From: Erysipelotrichaceae bacterium
GTDB taxonomy: Bacteria > Bacillota_I > Bacilli_A > RFN20 > CAG-631
DNA: 47,192 nucleotides
Reading direction: 5' to 3'
Assembly: GCA_022767485.1 (NCBI GenBank)
Contig: JALEMY010000023.1
Coordinates: 1 to 47,192 of the forward strand
Below are positions 20,249 through 30,976 of the stretch, one piece after another. Each line of letters begins with the position of its first letter. Within the stretch, counting starts at the first letter, position 1. The notes beneath the pieces were generated by a model. It ran no database searches and was not told the DNA's origin. It saw only the letters and a program-made list of their open reading frames with translations. A program made the position numbers and the translations under genes.

Positions 20249-22408
20249 ATGACAAAAAAACGATTTTTTCTTTTTTTATTAGTTTTCATTCTTTTGTTTT
20301 CTTTAATAAATAGTAGTAAAACTATTAATGCTTTAGCTACAAGTAACGAAAATGAAACAACATTTATTCATTCATCAGGAAGACATTCATCCCTTTTATT
20401 ATCAAGCAATAACATCGTTTATGGTTGGGGTTTATGGGGCGAAAGCAACGATGTAGCATTAAGTAAAAAATTAGTTAGCCCTACAGATTTAAGTAAAGAC
20501 ATAAAACTTAGTGATGATGATTATTTCATAAATGTCTTTTCTGGAGAACAACATAGCTTTTTTTTAACAAATAGTGGTAGAGTTTTTGCGATAGGAAGTG
20601 GTGAAAAAGGCCAACTTGGCTATAGCGATTATATATTTAAGTCTAATCCTGTTGAAATAACGCAAATGTTTCTTTTACAAGGAAATGAAAAAATAACATA
20701 TATTGCCTGTGGAGATGATTTTAATATTGCCTTAACAAATTTTCATAAAGTGATTTCTTTTGGCAAGAATGAAGATGGTCAATTAGGAGTACCAGCAAAT
20801 GAGAAAAAATCATTGACATATGATATTACATCCTTATTTTCTTTTAATGATGATGATTATCTAATCGACGTCAAGTGTGGAGCTTCACATTCTTTAGCAT
20901 TAAGTAAAAATGGCTTTGTCTATGTGTGGGGGTTAAATACAAGTGGTCAATTAGGAATTAAAGATGAGATTTTATTAGACACACCAACAAGATTAGATAT
21001 AAAGCATAGCGCTTGTCAAATAGCTGTTGGTAGATATACGAGTTATGTTTTAACAAATATGGGCCAATTATATGGATTTGGTAGTGATTCTTATGGACAA
21101 CTTGCTACACACGATGCTTTATTATCTTCAAATTCAAAGAAAAGTCCTTATTTAATGAATGCTAATTTTCCTCTTGAAAGTGATGAAAGTATTAAACAAA
21201 TAATTGCTGGCTATTATTTTGCTTTTATAAAAACTAATTTAGGTAATTATTATGGCTTTGGACAAAATAGTGCCGGGCAATTAGCGAATAATACGACAAT
21301 ATCGACAAGTGTTCCAGTAAAAATTGAATACAAAAGTATCCTAGATCCTCTTGATGAAATAAATGATATCTCTTGTGGAATTGATCATTGTATTGCAACC
21401 ACAAAATTTAACCATATATTAGCTTGGGGAAGCAACATCTATGGTCAATTGTCTGAAAATCTACAAGAAGCGCGCTCTTATTATGTAATACATGATATCA
21501 CTTATAATTTCCCACCAATAATTATAATATCGACTTTATCAAGTAGCGTTGAATACAAAAATTATATATTAAATGTCGATGCATATTATTTAGATAACGA
21601 GACGATTGATGAGACATATTATAGTGTTTCTTCATCAAGTAGTGTACCAAAAGACAAGTGGACTTCGTTTAATAAAGAAATTATCTTAAGTGAATATGAA
21701 GGGACAATATATGTTCATATTAAAGTTGTTTCTAAAAAAGAAACCTATTATCATGTATCTAAAGCTTTCTTTTTAGATCACATTACTCCAAGTATTGTTG
21801 TTTTAGATGAAAATAATCAAGAAATTTTATCTCCATACTATAATTCGACAATTTTTGTAAAAGCGATGGATAATAATGATAATGTAGATATTGTTTATAC
21901 CTATAATGGTAATCAATACACTACAAACGAAGACACCATTAGTTTTTCTTTAGATGGTACTTATCAATTTTATGCCCAAGATGGCGCCAGCAACACATCA
22001 GCAACAATTGAGTTGACAATCGATACATTTCTCCCAACAATAACAAAAATCGATAATAATATAATATCTGGCACATCATATAGCACAAGAGAAAAAGAAA
22101 TAACGATACAAGGAAGCGAGGCACTTAGTTGTTATAATCTTGGCTATAAAGGGGTAAAAGCTGATTTTTACAGCGCGTTAAATGATAATGAAACTACCTT
22201 TAAAGTAAAACTTAAAAAAGGTGTAAACACCCTTACTATATTTGACCTTGCTGGCAATGAATCAATGACATATGAAATATTGTATACTCCAAGGTTCTTT
22301 CAAGACACTCAATTGTTGCTTATTGTCTTTTCAAGTATAAGTGCAATATTTGTAATAATAATAATTGTCACTTACACAATAAAAAATAAAAAGAAACTTA
22401 TAAAATAG
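20249..22408 (+). CDS. RCC1/BLIP-II repeat beta-propeller surface protein with beta-rich stalk and C-terminal membrane anchor
   Basis: Signal peptide; repeated C/S-G-x2-H...W/F-G-x-N-x2-GQLG units; D..P and D.AGN Ig-like motifs; C-terminal TM helix plus KNKKK tail. Confidence 0.85.
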   Translation: MTKKRFFLFLLVFILLFSLINSSKTINALATSNENETTFIHSSGRHSSLLLSSNNIVYGWGLWGESNDVALSKKLVSPTDLSKDIKLSDDDYFINVFSGEQHSFFLTNSGRVFAIGSGEKGQLGYSDYIFKSNPVEITQMFLLQGNEKITYIACGDDFNIALTNFHKVISFGKNEDGQLGVPANEKKSLTYDITSLFSFNDDDYLIDVKCGASHSLALSKNGFVYVWGLNTSGQLGIKDEILLDTPTRLDIKHSACQIAVGRYTSYVLTNMGQLYGFGSDSYGQLATHDALLSSNSKKSPYLMNANFPLESDESIKQIIAGYYFAFIKTNLGNYYGFGQNSAGQLANNTTISTSVPVKIEYKSILDPLDEINDISCGIDHCIATTKFNHILAWGSNIYGQLSENLQEARSYYVIHDITYNFPPIIIISTLSSSVEYKNYILNVDAYYLDNETIDETYYSVSSSSSVPKDKWTSFNKEIILSEYEGTIYVHIKVVSKKETYYHVSKAFFLDHITPSIVVLDENNQEILSPYYNSTIFVKAMDNNDNVDIVYTYNGNQYTTNEDTISFSLDGTYQFYAQDGASNTSATIELTIDTFLPTITKIDNNIISGTSYSTREKEITIQGSEALSCYNLGYKGVKADFYSALNDNETTFKVKLKKGVNTLTIFDLAGNESMTYEILYTPRFFQDTQLLLIVFSSISAIFVIIIIVTYTIKNKKKLIK

Positions 22409-22414
22409 CCTTTT

Positions 22415-22441
22415 GCCCTTAATTAACCTTAAGGGTTTTTT
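22415..22441 (+). terminator. Intrinsic terminator
   Basis: GCCCTTAA...TTAAGGGT followed by a T-run. Confidence 0.7.
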
Positions 22442-22534
22442 ATTTCTAATAAAAAAATATACTTCTTTCTTTTTTATATAGCAAAAATTTTATATAATAA
22501 AGATAAAGAATATTTTTCATTTTTGGAGGTAACT

Positions 22535-24037
22535 ATGAAAGGTAAAAGAAGGTATATCGTCGCATTAGACCAAGGCACAACTTCTTCAAGATGTGTGATA
22601 TTTGATAATGAATGCAACATTGTCGATGTGGTATCAAAAGAATTTAAACAAATTTATCCTTGCCCTGGTTGGGTTGAACATGATCCAATGGAAATATATG
22701 CTTCACAATATGCTGTTATGAGTGAAGCTGTAGCAAGATGTGGTATTAAGCCTTATCATATTCAAGCAATTGGAATAACTAATCAAAGAGAAACGACAAT
22801 CGTTTGGGATAAAAATACAGGTAAACCTATATATAATGCTATTGTGTGGCAATGTCGAAGAACAGCAAACATTGTAGAGCAAGTAAAAAAAGATGGTCTA
22901 GAAGAATACATCAAAGAAAACACCGGTTTAGTTCTTGATGCTTATTTTTCAGCGACTAAAATCAAGTGGATTTTAGATAATGTAAAAGGTGCTAAAGAAA
23001 AAGCTAAAAATGGTGAGCTTCTTTTTGGAACTGTAGATACATGGCTACTTTATAAACTAACAGGTGGAAAAGTGTTTGCAACCGATTATACAAATGCTTC
23101 AAGAACGATGTTATTTAATATTAAAGAATTAAAATGGGATAAAAAATTATGCGATTATTTTGATATTCCAATGTCTATGCTACCTGAAGTTAAAAATTCT
23201 AGTGCAGATTTTGGTGAAGTGTCATTATTTGGTTATAACATTCCAATAACTGGCGTGGCAGGTGATCAACAAGCTTCATTATTTGGCCAAGCATGTTTTG
23301 AAAAAGGTGATATTAAAAACACCTATGGTACTGGCTGCTTTTTATTAATGAATATTGGCAATGAGTTTATCAATTCAAAACATGGATTAATTACGACAAT
23401 TGCAGCAACTCACGATGAAAAAGTTCAATATGCTTTAGAAGGTTCAGTCTTTGTAGGTGGAGCCTTAATTCAATGGCTTAGAGATGAAATGCGCTTAATT
23501 GTCGATGCTGCTGATTCAGAATATTTTGCTTTAAAAGCTAAAAATAATGGTGGAGTATATATTGTTCCTGCTTTTACCGGACTTGGTGCTCCTTATTGGG
23601 ATATGTATGCTAGAGGCACAATTTTTGGCTTGACTCGTGGTGCTAATCGTAATCATATAATTAGAGCTTCACTTGAAGCAATCGCTTATCAAACGATGGA
23701 CGTTATCAATTCAATGGCTCAAGATACCAATATTAAAATCAAGCATTTAAAAGTTGATGGTGGAGCTAGTATGAACAACTTTTTAATGCAATTTCAAGCT
23801 GACATTATCGATGCTAGTGTTTCAAGAAGTAAAATTATGGAAACCACAGCTTTAGGAGCAGCTTTACTAGCAGGCCTTAAAGTCAAAGTCTTTGATAGTC
23901 TTGAGGAAATAAAGCAAAAGTGGAGATGTGATCAAAAATATTATCCGCAAATTAGTAAAGATATAAAAGATGAATATATCAAAAAGTGGCATAAAGCTGT
24001 AAGAATGTGTAAGGGGTGGGAAGATGAAAACAAATAA
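22535..24037 (+). CDS. glpK: Glycerol kinase
   Basis: [35 protein letters not shown]; ATG 22535 behind GGAGGT. Confidence 0.97.
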   Translation: MKGKRRYIVALDQGTTSSRCVIFDNECNIVDVVSKEFKQIYPCPGWVEHDPMEIYASQYAVMSEAVARCGIKPYHIQAIGITNQRETTIVWDKNTGKPIYNAIVWQCRRTANIVEQVKKDGLEEYIKENTGLVLDAYFSATKIKWILDNVKGAKEKAKNGELLFGTVDTWLLYKLTGGKVFATDYTNASRTMLFNIKELKWDKKLCDYFDIPMSMLPEVKNSSADFGEVSLFGYNIPITGVAGDQQASLFGQACFEKGDIKNTYGTGCFLLMNIGNEFINSKHGLITTIAATHDEKVQYALEGSVFVGGALIQWLRDEMRLIVDAADSEYFALKAKNNGGVYIVPAFTGLGAPYWDMYARGTIFGLTRGANRNHIIRASLEAIAYQTMDVINSMAQDTNIKIKHLKVDGGASMNNFLMQFQADIIDASVSRSKIMETTALGAALLAGLKVKVFDSLEEIKQKWRCDQKYYPQISKDIKDEYIKKWHKAVRMCKGWEDENK

Positions 24038-25469
24038 AAAAATATACGATATAATCATAATTGGCGCTGGCGTTGTAGGCTGTATGATAGCGCGTGAACT
24101 TTCACAATATAATGTTGATGTTTTAGTGCTTGAAAAAGACAATGATGTGTGCAATGAAACATCAGCAGCTAATAGTGCAATTATCCATTCAGGATACGAC
24201 CCTTTACCTAATACTTTAAAAGCTAAATTAAATGTTTTAGGTAATGCTATGTTTGATAAAATATCTAGTGAACTAGATGTTAGCTTTAAACGAATTGGTT
24301 CAATAACGCTAGCTTTTAATGAAGATGATATAAACACATTGAAAATGCTTCAAAAAAGAGGGGAAGAAAATGGCGTTGTCACAAAACTATTAGACTATAA
24401 AGAAGTTCACGAATTGGAACCTTTATTATCACCAAAAGTAATCGGAGGTTTATATGCTTCTAGTGCTGGTATTATTAACCCCTTCACTCTATGTGTTCAT
24501 GCCATGGAAAATGCCATTGATAATGGCGTAACATTAATATTAAATGAAGAAGTGAAAACTATAAGCAAAGAAAATGATATATATAATATTAATGATAAGC
24601 ATTTTGGAAAAATTATTATTAATGCTGCTGGAATAAATGCAGATGACATCAATTTATTGGTCAATAAAGGTAAGGATGAGTTTACTTTATTACCTAGGAA
24701 AGGTGAATATATCGTTTTAAATCATTTTAAAGCACCTTTTGTTTCACATACATTATTTATGGTGCCATCAAATAAAGGAAAAGGAGTATTGATTTCTCCT
24801 ACAACTAGCAATAATTATTTAATTGGTCCTAGTGCAGATCTTGTTTATAAAGATGATAATACAACGCAAAAAGATATCATTAATATAGTTAAAAAGCAAG
24901 CTGAAAATATGATATGCAACATTCCTTATAATGAAACAATTCGTGTTTTTGCCGGTATTCGTGCTACTCCAGAAACACATGATTTTATCATTAAAGAAAG
25001 CATGAGTGAAAACTTTATCAATGTAGCAGGTATTGAATCACCAGGACTTGTCTCATCTCCTGCTATTGCTAAAATGGTGGTTGATGAAATAGTTTCTAAA
25101 AAAATTAATTTAGTTAAGAAAGATAACTATAACCCATATGTGAGAAAATATGTTCACGTTGACAAATTGAGTTTTGAAGAAAAAAATAAACTTTATCAAG
25201 AAAATAAAGACTATGCTAGCATTGTTTGTAAATGTGAAAAAGTATCAAAAGGGGAAATTATCGATTGTTTAAATAGAAGTTGTCCTCCTTTTTCAATCAA
25301 AGGCCTTAAAAAACGCCTTCGTGTAGGTTTTGGTAAATGTCAGGGCGGTATGTGCCAAAGCGAAGCATTATCTATAATGGCATCTTTTTATAATGTCGAT
25401 AAAAAAGATATTTTATATGATAATAAAAATTCTAATATTTTATTAAAAAAGATGCAGGAGGAAGATTAA
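24024..25469 (+). CDS. FAD-dependent glycerol-3-phosphate dehydrogenase-like oxidoreductase with C-terminal BFD-like [2Fe-2S] domain
   Basis: [28 protein letters not shown]-terminal CKCE...GKCQGGMC; follows glpK. Confidence 0.85.
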   Translation: MKTNKKIYDIIIIGAGVVGCMIARELSQYNVDVLVLEKDNDVCNETSAANSAIIHSGYDPLPNTLKAKLNVLGNAMFDKISSELDVSFKRIGSITLAFNEDDINTLKMLQKRGEENGVVTKLLDYKEVHELEPLLSPKVIGGLYASSAGIINPFTLCVHAMENAIDNGVTLILNEEVKTISKENDIYNINDKHFGKIIINAAGINADDINLLVNKGKDEFTLLPRKGEYIVLNHFKAPFVSHTLFMVPSNKGKGVLISPTTSNNYLIGPSADLVYKDDNTTQKDIINIVKKQAENMICNIPYNETIRVFAGIRATPETHDFIIKESMSENFINVAGIESPGLVSSPAIAKMVVDEIVSKKINLVKKDNYNPYVRKYVHVDKLSFEEKNKLYQENKDYASIVCKCEKVSKGEIIDCLNRSCPPFSIKGLKKRLRVGFGKCQGGMCQSEALSIMASFYNVDKKDILYDNKNSNILLKKMQEED

Positions 25470-25470
25470 G

Positions 25471-26736
25471 ATGAATGAAGTTAAAACGATAGATTTAGTC
25501 GTTATTGGCGGCGGTAGTGCTGGCCTTGCTGCCGCAATAAGTGCTAAAAACGAAGGAATCGACGATATTTTAATTATTGAAAAAGAAGAGTTTTTAGGTG
25601 GCATTTTGCAACAATGTATTCATAATGGTTTTGGTCTTCAAACCTTCAATGAACAATTAAGCGGTCCTGAATATGCCCAAAGATATATAAATGAAGTTGA
25701 AAGATTAAAAATAAAATATATTACTAATGCATTTGTAAGTTCTATTAGTAAAGATAAAGATGTTTATTATTCATCAAAAAGTGAAGGCTTTGTACATATT
25801 AAAGCAAAAGCTATTATTATTTCTACAGGTTGTGTTGAAAGAACCCCTGGTCAAATTATGCTTGAAGGTAAAAGAATTTCTGGTATCTTAACCGCTGGAC
25901 AAGCACAAAAGTACATGAATATTGAAGGCTATATGGTTGGCAAAAAAGCATTTATTTTAGGTTCTGGCGATATTGGCTTAATTATGGCAAGACGTATGAC
26001 TTTAGAAGGAGCAAAAGTATTAGGAGTTGCCGAACTTATGCCATATTCAAATGGTCTTGCAAGAAATATTGCTCAATGTCTAAATGATTTCAATATTCCT
26101 TTATTTTTAAGTCATACAATTAAAGATGTTATAGGAAAAGATCGTGTTGAAAAGATTATCATTGCTAAAGTAGATGAAAAGGGTAACTATATAGAAAATA
26201 GTGAAAAAGAATTTGAAGTAGACACCTTAATTTTATCGGTAGGATTAATTCCATATAATGTTTTATTAGAAGGAGTCGATGCAAAAATTTCTTCAACTAA
26301 AGGAGCCATCGTTGATGAAAACTATATGACATCAATCCCTGGTATTTTTGAATGCGGTAATTCCTTACATGTTCATGATTTAGTCGATTATGTTTCACTT
26401 GAAGCAAAACAAGCAGGAGTAGGAGCAAGTTTGTATTTAAAAAATATGTTGAATAGTGATAACGATAATTGCCAAGTAAAATGCGGTAATAATATTAGTT
26501 ATATCGTTCCTCAACACATTAATGTCAACAACATAAAAAAGGATATAAGCTTTAAATATCGTGTTAGAAAGCCTATGAAAAATGTTAAGGTTGAGGCATA
26601 TTTAGATGATAAATTGATAAAATCTATCAGCAAAATTGCAATATTACCTTCAGAAATGGAAAAGATGACTTTTAACAAGGAAGCTTTAGCAAATGGGCGT
26701 GAATTACGCTTTGAAGTTAAGGAGGTAAAATTATGA
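25471..26736 (+). CDS. NAD(P)/FAD-dependent oxidoreductase (partner subunit of the G3P dehydrogenase)
   Basis: GGGSAGLAAA, QCIHNGFG, GSGDIGLIMARR, CGNSLHVHDLVDYV. Confidence 0.85.
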   Translation: MNEVKTIDLVVIGGGSAGLAAAISAKNEGIDDILIIEKEEFLGGILQQCIHNGFGLQTFNEQLSGPEYAQRYINEVERLKIKYITNAFVSSISKDKDVYYSSKSEGFVHIKAKAIIISTGCVERTPGQIMLEGKRISGILTAGQAQKYMNIEGYMVGKKAFILGSGDIGLIMARRMTLEGAKVLGVAELMPYSNGLARNIAQCLNDFNIPLFLSHTIKDVIGKDRVEKIIIAKVDEKGNYIENSEKEFEVDTLILSVGLIPYNVLLEGVDAKISSTKGAIVDENYMTSIPGIFECGNSLHVHDLVDYVSLEAKQAGVGASLYLKNMLNSDNDNCQVKCGNNISYIVPQHINVNNIKKDISFKYRVRKPMKNVKVEAYLDDKLIKSISKIAILPSEMEKMTFNKEALANGRELRFEVKEVKL

Positions 26737-27080
26737 AATCATTTATTTGTATCGAATGTCCTAAAGGATGTCATTTAACAATCGATGAAAATTTTAATGT
26801 TACTGGCAATTCTTGTATACGTGGAAAAAATTATGCTATTAATGAAATAAAATGTCCAAAAAGAATTTTAACTTCAACTGTTAAACTAACAAATGCTTCT
26901 ATTTCACGTTTACCAGTAATTACTAGTGCCCCTATACCAAAAGATAAAATGTTTGATGTTATAAAAGAAATTCATAAGGTATCAATTAGTGCACCTGTAA
27001 AATTGCACGATATCATTATTTCTAATGTTTGTAATTTATCGATCGATATTATTGCCACTAGAACTATAAATAAAAATTAA
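26733..27080 (+). CDS. DUF1667-family small Cys-rich metal-binding subunit
   Basis: CIECPKGC...GNSCIRG...PKRILTSTV; ATGA overlap with the upstream gene. Confidence 0.85.
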   Translation: MKSFICIECPKGCHLTIDENFNVTGNSCIRGKNYAINEIKCPKRILTSTVKLTNASISRLPVITSAPIPKDKMFDVIKEIHKVSISAPVKLHDIIISNVCNLSIDIIATRTINKN

Positions 27081-27151
27081 CGGTTCTTATAATTTTCTTT
27101 TTATTATGTACAGCATTAAATAATATGCTATAATTCCTCTTGGTGATGAAA

Positions 27152-27817
27152 ATGCTAGAAGCAATAATTTTTGATTTAGATGGGACATTGTTAAATACTT
27201 TATTTGATTTAAAAGAAGCTGTTAATTATGCTTTAAAAAAGCATAACTTTAATGAAATAACACTTGAAGAAACAAGATCATTTGTAGGAAATGGCGTAAA
27301 AAAACTTGTTGAAAGAGCCTTGAAACATAAAGTTGATGAAAAAACATTCACTGATGTTTTTAATGATTTTAAAGGATATTATGATATTCATCAAAAAGAT
27401 TATACTGTTCCATATGATGGAGTTTTACAAACGATTACACAAATCAGCGAATTAAATATTAAAATGGCTATTGTATCCAACAAATATCAATTTGGTGTAG
27501 ATAATTTATGTAAGCCATTATTTGGTGAATATATCGACGTTTTCGTAGGTTCAAGAGAAAATGTTAAATTGAAACCAAATCCTGATATGGTTTTTATAGC
27601 TTGTGATAGTTTAAAAGTTAATCCTTTAAATTGTCTATTTGTTGGCGATTCAGACGTCGATGCTAAAACCGGTAAAAACGCCAAAATGAAAGTAGTTGGC
27701 GTAACTTGGGGCTATAAAGATGAACAAGTTTTAAAAGATGAAAATGTCGATTATATTATTCATAAGCCACAAGAATTACTTGATATTATTAAAAAGGAGA
27801 TTAATAATCATGAATAA
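27152..27817 (+). CDS. HAD-family hydrolase (phosphoglycolate phosphatase-like)
   Basis: FDLDGTL, VSNK, KPNP, VGDSDVD motifs; ATG 27152 behind GGTGA. Confidence 0.9.
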   Translation: MLEAIIFDLDGTLLNTLFDLKEAVNYALKKHNFNEITLEETRSFVGNGVKKLVERALKHKVDEKTFTDVFNDFKGYYDIHQKDYTVPYDGVLQTITQISELNIKMAIVSNKYQFGVDNLCKPLFGEYIDVFVGSRENVKLKPNPDMVFIACDSLKVNPLNCLFVGDSDVDAKTGKNAKMKVVGVTWGYKDEQVLKDENVDYIIHKPQELLDIIKKEINNHE

Positions 27818-28328
27818 GATTTGTATTACTCTTAAAAATAATAAGAAAATGTATGTTGAATTATACGAAGAAATCGCTCCTATTACAGTAGCAAATTTTT
27901 TACACTTAATCGATGAAAAATTTTTTGATGGCATTGTTTTTCATAGAATAATTAAAGATTTTATGTGTCAAGCTGGTGGATATTATATCCAAGATGATAA
28001 ATATATCAATTACAAAGAAGCTAAATCAATTAAAGGTGAGTTTGAAAGCAATGGCTTTGTTAACAATTTAAAGCATGAACTAGGCGTTATCTCAATGGCT
28101 AGATCAAGCGATTTAAATTCTGCTTCTTCACAATTCTTTTTATGCGTAGATAATTGTTCACATTTAGATAAACAATATGCTGGATTTGGAAAAATTGTAG
28201 ATGATTCTTCACTTGAAGTATTGAAAGAATTGAATAGTTATCCTACTGGTATGATCGATCAATCTTTAACTGATTGGCCAAACACTGAAATAATAAATTA
28301 TACGATAGAATCTATAAGAAGAGTATAA
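27810..28328 (+). CDS. Cyclophilin-type peptidyl-prolyl isomerase
   Basis: APITVANF, FHRIIKDFMCQAG, ISMAR, SASSQFF, HLD; ATG 27810 behind AAGGAG. Confidence 0.93.
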   Translation: MNKICITLKNNKKMYVELYEEIAPITVANFLHLIDEKFFDGIVFHRIIKDFMCQAGGYYIQDDKYINYKEAKSIKGEFESNGFVNNLKHELGVISMARSSDLNSASSQFFLCVDNCSHLDKQYAGFGKIVDDSSLEVLKELNSYPTGMIDQSLTDWPNTEIINYTIESIRRV

Positions 28329-28345
28329 AATCTATACTAATAAAT

Positions 28346-28384
28346 AAAAGTAATCAAGAATTCTTTTTTTAGATTACTTTTTTT
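28346..28384. terminator. Bidirectional intrinsic terminator
   Basis: AAAAGTAATC...GATTACTTTT inverted repeat with flanking A and T runs. Confidence 0.6.
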
Positions 28385-28552
28385 AAAAGCAATTAAATAG
28401 GTGCGAGTTGAAATCTCCCTGGCGGAAAATGACGAATCATTTGATAAAAAAATTGAAAAGAATCAGGTATAATGTAGTTTTTATTGATTCAATTCAATTC
28501 TTTTTTTTATTTTGTGTCCCTTATTATAAAGTGTTAAATTTTAACGTATATA

Positions 28553-28592
28553 AAAAAGCCTTGATAAAGTATTTCTACTATATCAAAGCTTT
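28553..28592 (-). terminator. Long hairpin/terminator just 3' of tRNA-Ser
   Basis: Imperfect palindrome AAAGCCTTGATAAAGTA/TACTATATCAAAGCTTT with a T-run on -. Confidence 0.65.
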
Positions 28593-28601
28593 GCGTTCTT
28601 T

Positions 28602-28690
28602 TGGCGGAGAAAAAGAGATTCGAACTCTTGCGGGCGTTAACCCCTAGCGGTTTTCGAAACCGCCCCCTTCGGCCTCTTGGGTATTTCTCC
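28602..28690 (-). tRNA. tRNA-Ser, anticodon CGA, encoded CCA end
   Basis: GGAGAAA/TTTCTCC acceptor stem, GCGGT-TT-CGA-AA-ACCGC anticodon arm, long variable arm, GTTCGAATC T-loop, GCCA end. Confidence 0.95.
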
Positions 28691-28699
28691 ATTACATAT

Positions 28700-28728
28700 A
28701 TTATAATCTCAAGGCTGACATTTTACAA
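28700..28728 (-). promoter_or_regulatory. sigma-A promoter of tRNA-Ser
   Basis: TTGTAA-N17-TATAAT on the minus strand just upstream of the tRNA. Confidence 0.7.
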
Positions 28729-28737
28729 TAATACATT

Positions 28738-28766
28738 TTGACATTTTACTACGTAAATAGTAAAAT
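28738..28766 (+). promoter_or_regulatory. sigma-A promoter of the ackA operon
   Basis: TTGACA-N17-TAAAAT. Confidence 0.75.
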
Positions 28767-28805
28767 GAAGGATGGAAATATAATATTATTTTAGGAGGAT
28801 TATTT

Positions 28806-30032
28806 ATGAAAATATTAGCCGTTAATGCTGGAAGCTCATCACTAAAAGTTCAATTACTTGAAATGCCAAGTGAACAATTGATTGCCAAAGCACAAGTTGA
28901 AAGAATCGGTCTTGAAAATGCCATTGTTACAGTTCGCTATAATTATCAAAATGAAACATGTGATAAATGGGAAACAAGAACAGCAAATATTAAAAACCAA
29001 CCAGAAGCTGTTAAAGCTATTATGGATAAATTTCAAGAATTTAAAGTCATTGAATGTGTAGATGATATAAAAGGAGTTGGTCATCGTATCGTTCAAGGTG
29101 GTGAATATTTTAGTAAAGCTGAAGTTGTCACTAAAGATGTTGAAGAAAAAGTATTAGAACTTGCCGAGCTTGCTCCACATCACAATAAAGCAGAACATGC
29201 TGGCTATGTTGCTTTCAAACAATTTATTCCAAATGCGGTTCATACGATGGTATTTGATACTGCATATCATCAAACAATTCCTGAAGAAAGATACATCTAT
29301 GCACTACCTTATCGCTATTATGAACAATATAAAGTTAGAAGATATGGAGCACATGGTACATCTCATAAATATATCGCTTCTGTTATAAAAGAATATTATG
29401 GACGTGATAATTTTAAAGCTATTTCTTGCCATTTAGGAAGTGGTGCTTCTATTTGTGCTATTGAAAATGGAAAATCTGTTGATACTTCAATGGGCTTTAC
29501 TCCACTTGGAGGAATTGCTATGGGTACTAGAACTGGCGATTTAGATCCTTCGATTTTATCATACATAATGAATAAAGAAAATATGACACCTGATCAAATG
29601 AATCATATGTGTAACTTTGAATCTGGCCTTTTAGGAATGTCTGGGGTTTCAAGCGATATGAGAGACATCGATGTTGGTGAAAAAGAAAACAATGCAAGAT
29701 GTTTCTTAGCAAGAAAAGTTTATTGTACACGTGTTGCACAATTTATCGGCTCATACTTTGTAGAACTTGGTGGATGCGATGCAATAGTCTTTACTGCTGG
29801 AGTTGGAGAAAATTCAATTTCAACTAGAAGCGTTTTAATTCCAATGATTTCTAAAGCTTTAGGTATAGACTATACAATAGGTGAAGCAAACAAAGTGGAA
29901 ATCTGCAATAATAAAGGTTATAAAATATCTAATCCTAATTCAAAAGTTGATGTTTTTGTCATTCCAACTAATGAAGAATTGATGATGTGTCGTGATACAT
30001 ATGAAATTGTTATGGGTACAAGCAATGAATAA
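28806..30032 (+). CDS. ackA: Acetate kinase
   Basis: NAGSSSLK, GHRIVQGG, FDTAYH, YGAHGTSH, GTRTGD, FTAGVGEN, PTNEE. Confidence 0.96.
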   Translation: MKILAVNAGSSSLKVQLLEMPSEQLIAKAQVERIGLENAIVTVRYNYQNETCDKWETRTANIKNQPEAVKAIMDKFQEFKVIECVDDIKGVGHRIVQGGEYFSKAEVVTKDVEEKVLELAELAPHHNKAEHAGYVAFKQFIPNAVHTMVFDTAYHQTIPEERYIYALPYRYYEQYKVRRYGAHGTSHKYIASVIKEYYGRDNFKAISCHLGSGASICAIENGKSVDTSMGFTPLGGIAMGTRTGDLDPSILSYIMNKENMTPDQMNHMCNFESGLLGMSGVSSDMRDIDVGEKENNARCFLARKVYCTRVAQFIGSYFVELGGCDAIVFTAGVGENSISTRSVLIPMISKALGIDYTIGEANKVEICNNKGYKISNPNSKVDVFVIPTNEELMMCRDTYEIVMGTSNE

Positions 30033-30975
30033 AGAATATAAAAAAGTTTTAAAAGCTATAAAAAAATATAACACTATATTAATATTGCGTCATGAAGTAC
30101 CAGATTTTGATGCTTCAGGTTCTCAATTTGGTTTAGCAACTTGGATTAAAGATAATTTTCCTAATAAAAAAGTCTTAACTTTAGGACAACCTCATAAGTT
30201 TTTTTCACCAAAACTTTATCCTATTACCCATCTTGAAGAAAATATTGATGAAAAATATTTATTGATTATTGTCGATGTTGCTAATACCCCTCGTGTTGAT
30301 GGTAAAGAATACATTGAAAACGCTGATTATATCATTAAAATTGATCACCACCCTTTATGTGATGAATTTGGTGATGTTTCTATCATTGATGAGCACGCTT
30401 CAGCAACAGCTGAAATACTAGGCGATATGTTAATTGCTTTTAATAAGAAAATAAGTAAACAATGTGCTTATTATCTTTATAGTGCTATCGTAGGTGATTC
30501 TGGAAGATTTTTATATTCAGATACTAATGAAAGAACATTTAAGGTTGTTTCAAAACTATTTGAAAGCAATTTTAACTTTTTAGATATTTACGATAAAATG
30601 TATCTAAAATCAATAAATGATTTAAAGATTATTAACCACATTTATAACATTTATAAACTATCTAATAAAGGTGTTGCCTATTATTTTATTGACGATGCTA
30701 CATTAAAACAATTAAATATTGAAAGAGAACAAGTTAAAGCTTATGTTAATTTATTTTCCGGATATGATGAAGTCAAAGTGTGGGTACAATTTAGCGAAGA
30801 TATCACAGCTAAAGATGAATATAGATGGCGTGTTTCAATTCGTTCCCGTGGTGTTAAAATAAATGATGTAGCTAGTGCCTTTAATGGTGGTGGACATGAT
30901 AATGCTGCTGGTGCAAAATGTAAAGATGAAAATGAAATGATGCAACTAATTGCTGCATTGGATCAATTATTGTAA
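30025..30975 (+). CDS. nrnA: DHH/DHHA1 oligoribonuclease / pAp phosphatase
   Basis: HEVPDFDA, IDHH, GDSGRF, SIRS, GGGHDNAAG. Confidence 0.9.
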   Translation: MNKEYKKVLKAIKKYNTILILRHEVPDFDASGSQFGLATWIKDNFPNKKVLTLGQPHKFFSPKLYPITHLEENIDEKYLLIIVDVANTPRVDGKEYIENADYIIKIDHHPLCDEFGDVSIIDEHASATAEILGDMLIAFNKKISKQCAYYLYSAIVGDSGRFLYSDTNERTFKVVSKLFESNFNFLDIYDKMYLKSINDLKIINHIYNIYKLSNKGVAYYFIDDATLKQLNIEREQVKAYVNLFSGYDEVKVWVQFSEDITAKDEYRWRVSIRSRGVKINDVASAFNGGGHDNAAGAKCKDENEMMQLIAALDQLL

Positions 30976-30976
30976 T

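Noticed and set aside
14977-26736. Genetic code 4 (TGA = Trp) as in mycoplasmas
   Set aside because: TGA ends mutS and the 25471 oxidoreductase in ATGA-coupled overlaps, and long conserved genes are intact under code 11 with Trp encoded by TGG.
28408-28647. 79-aa ORF from the track
   Set aside because: It overlaps the antisense of tRNA-Ser and terminator hairpins, has no RBS and is low in complexity.
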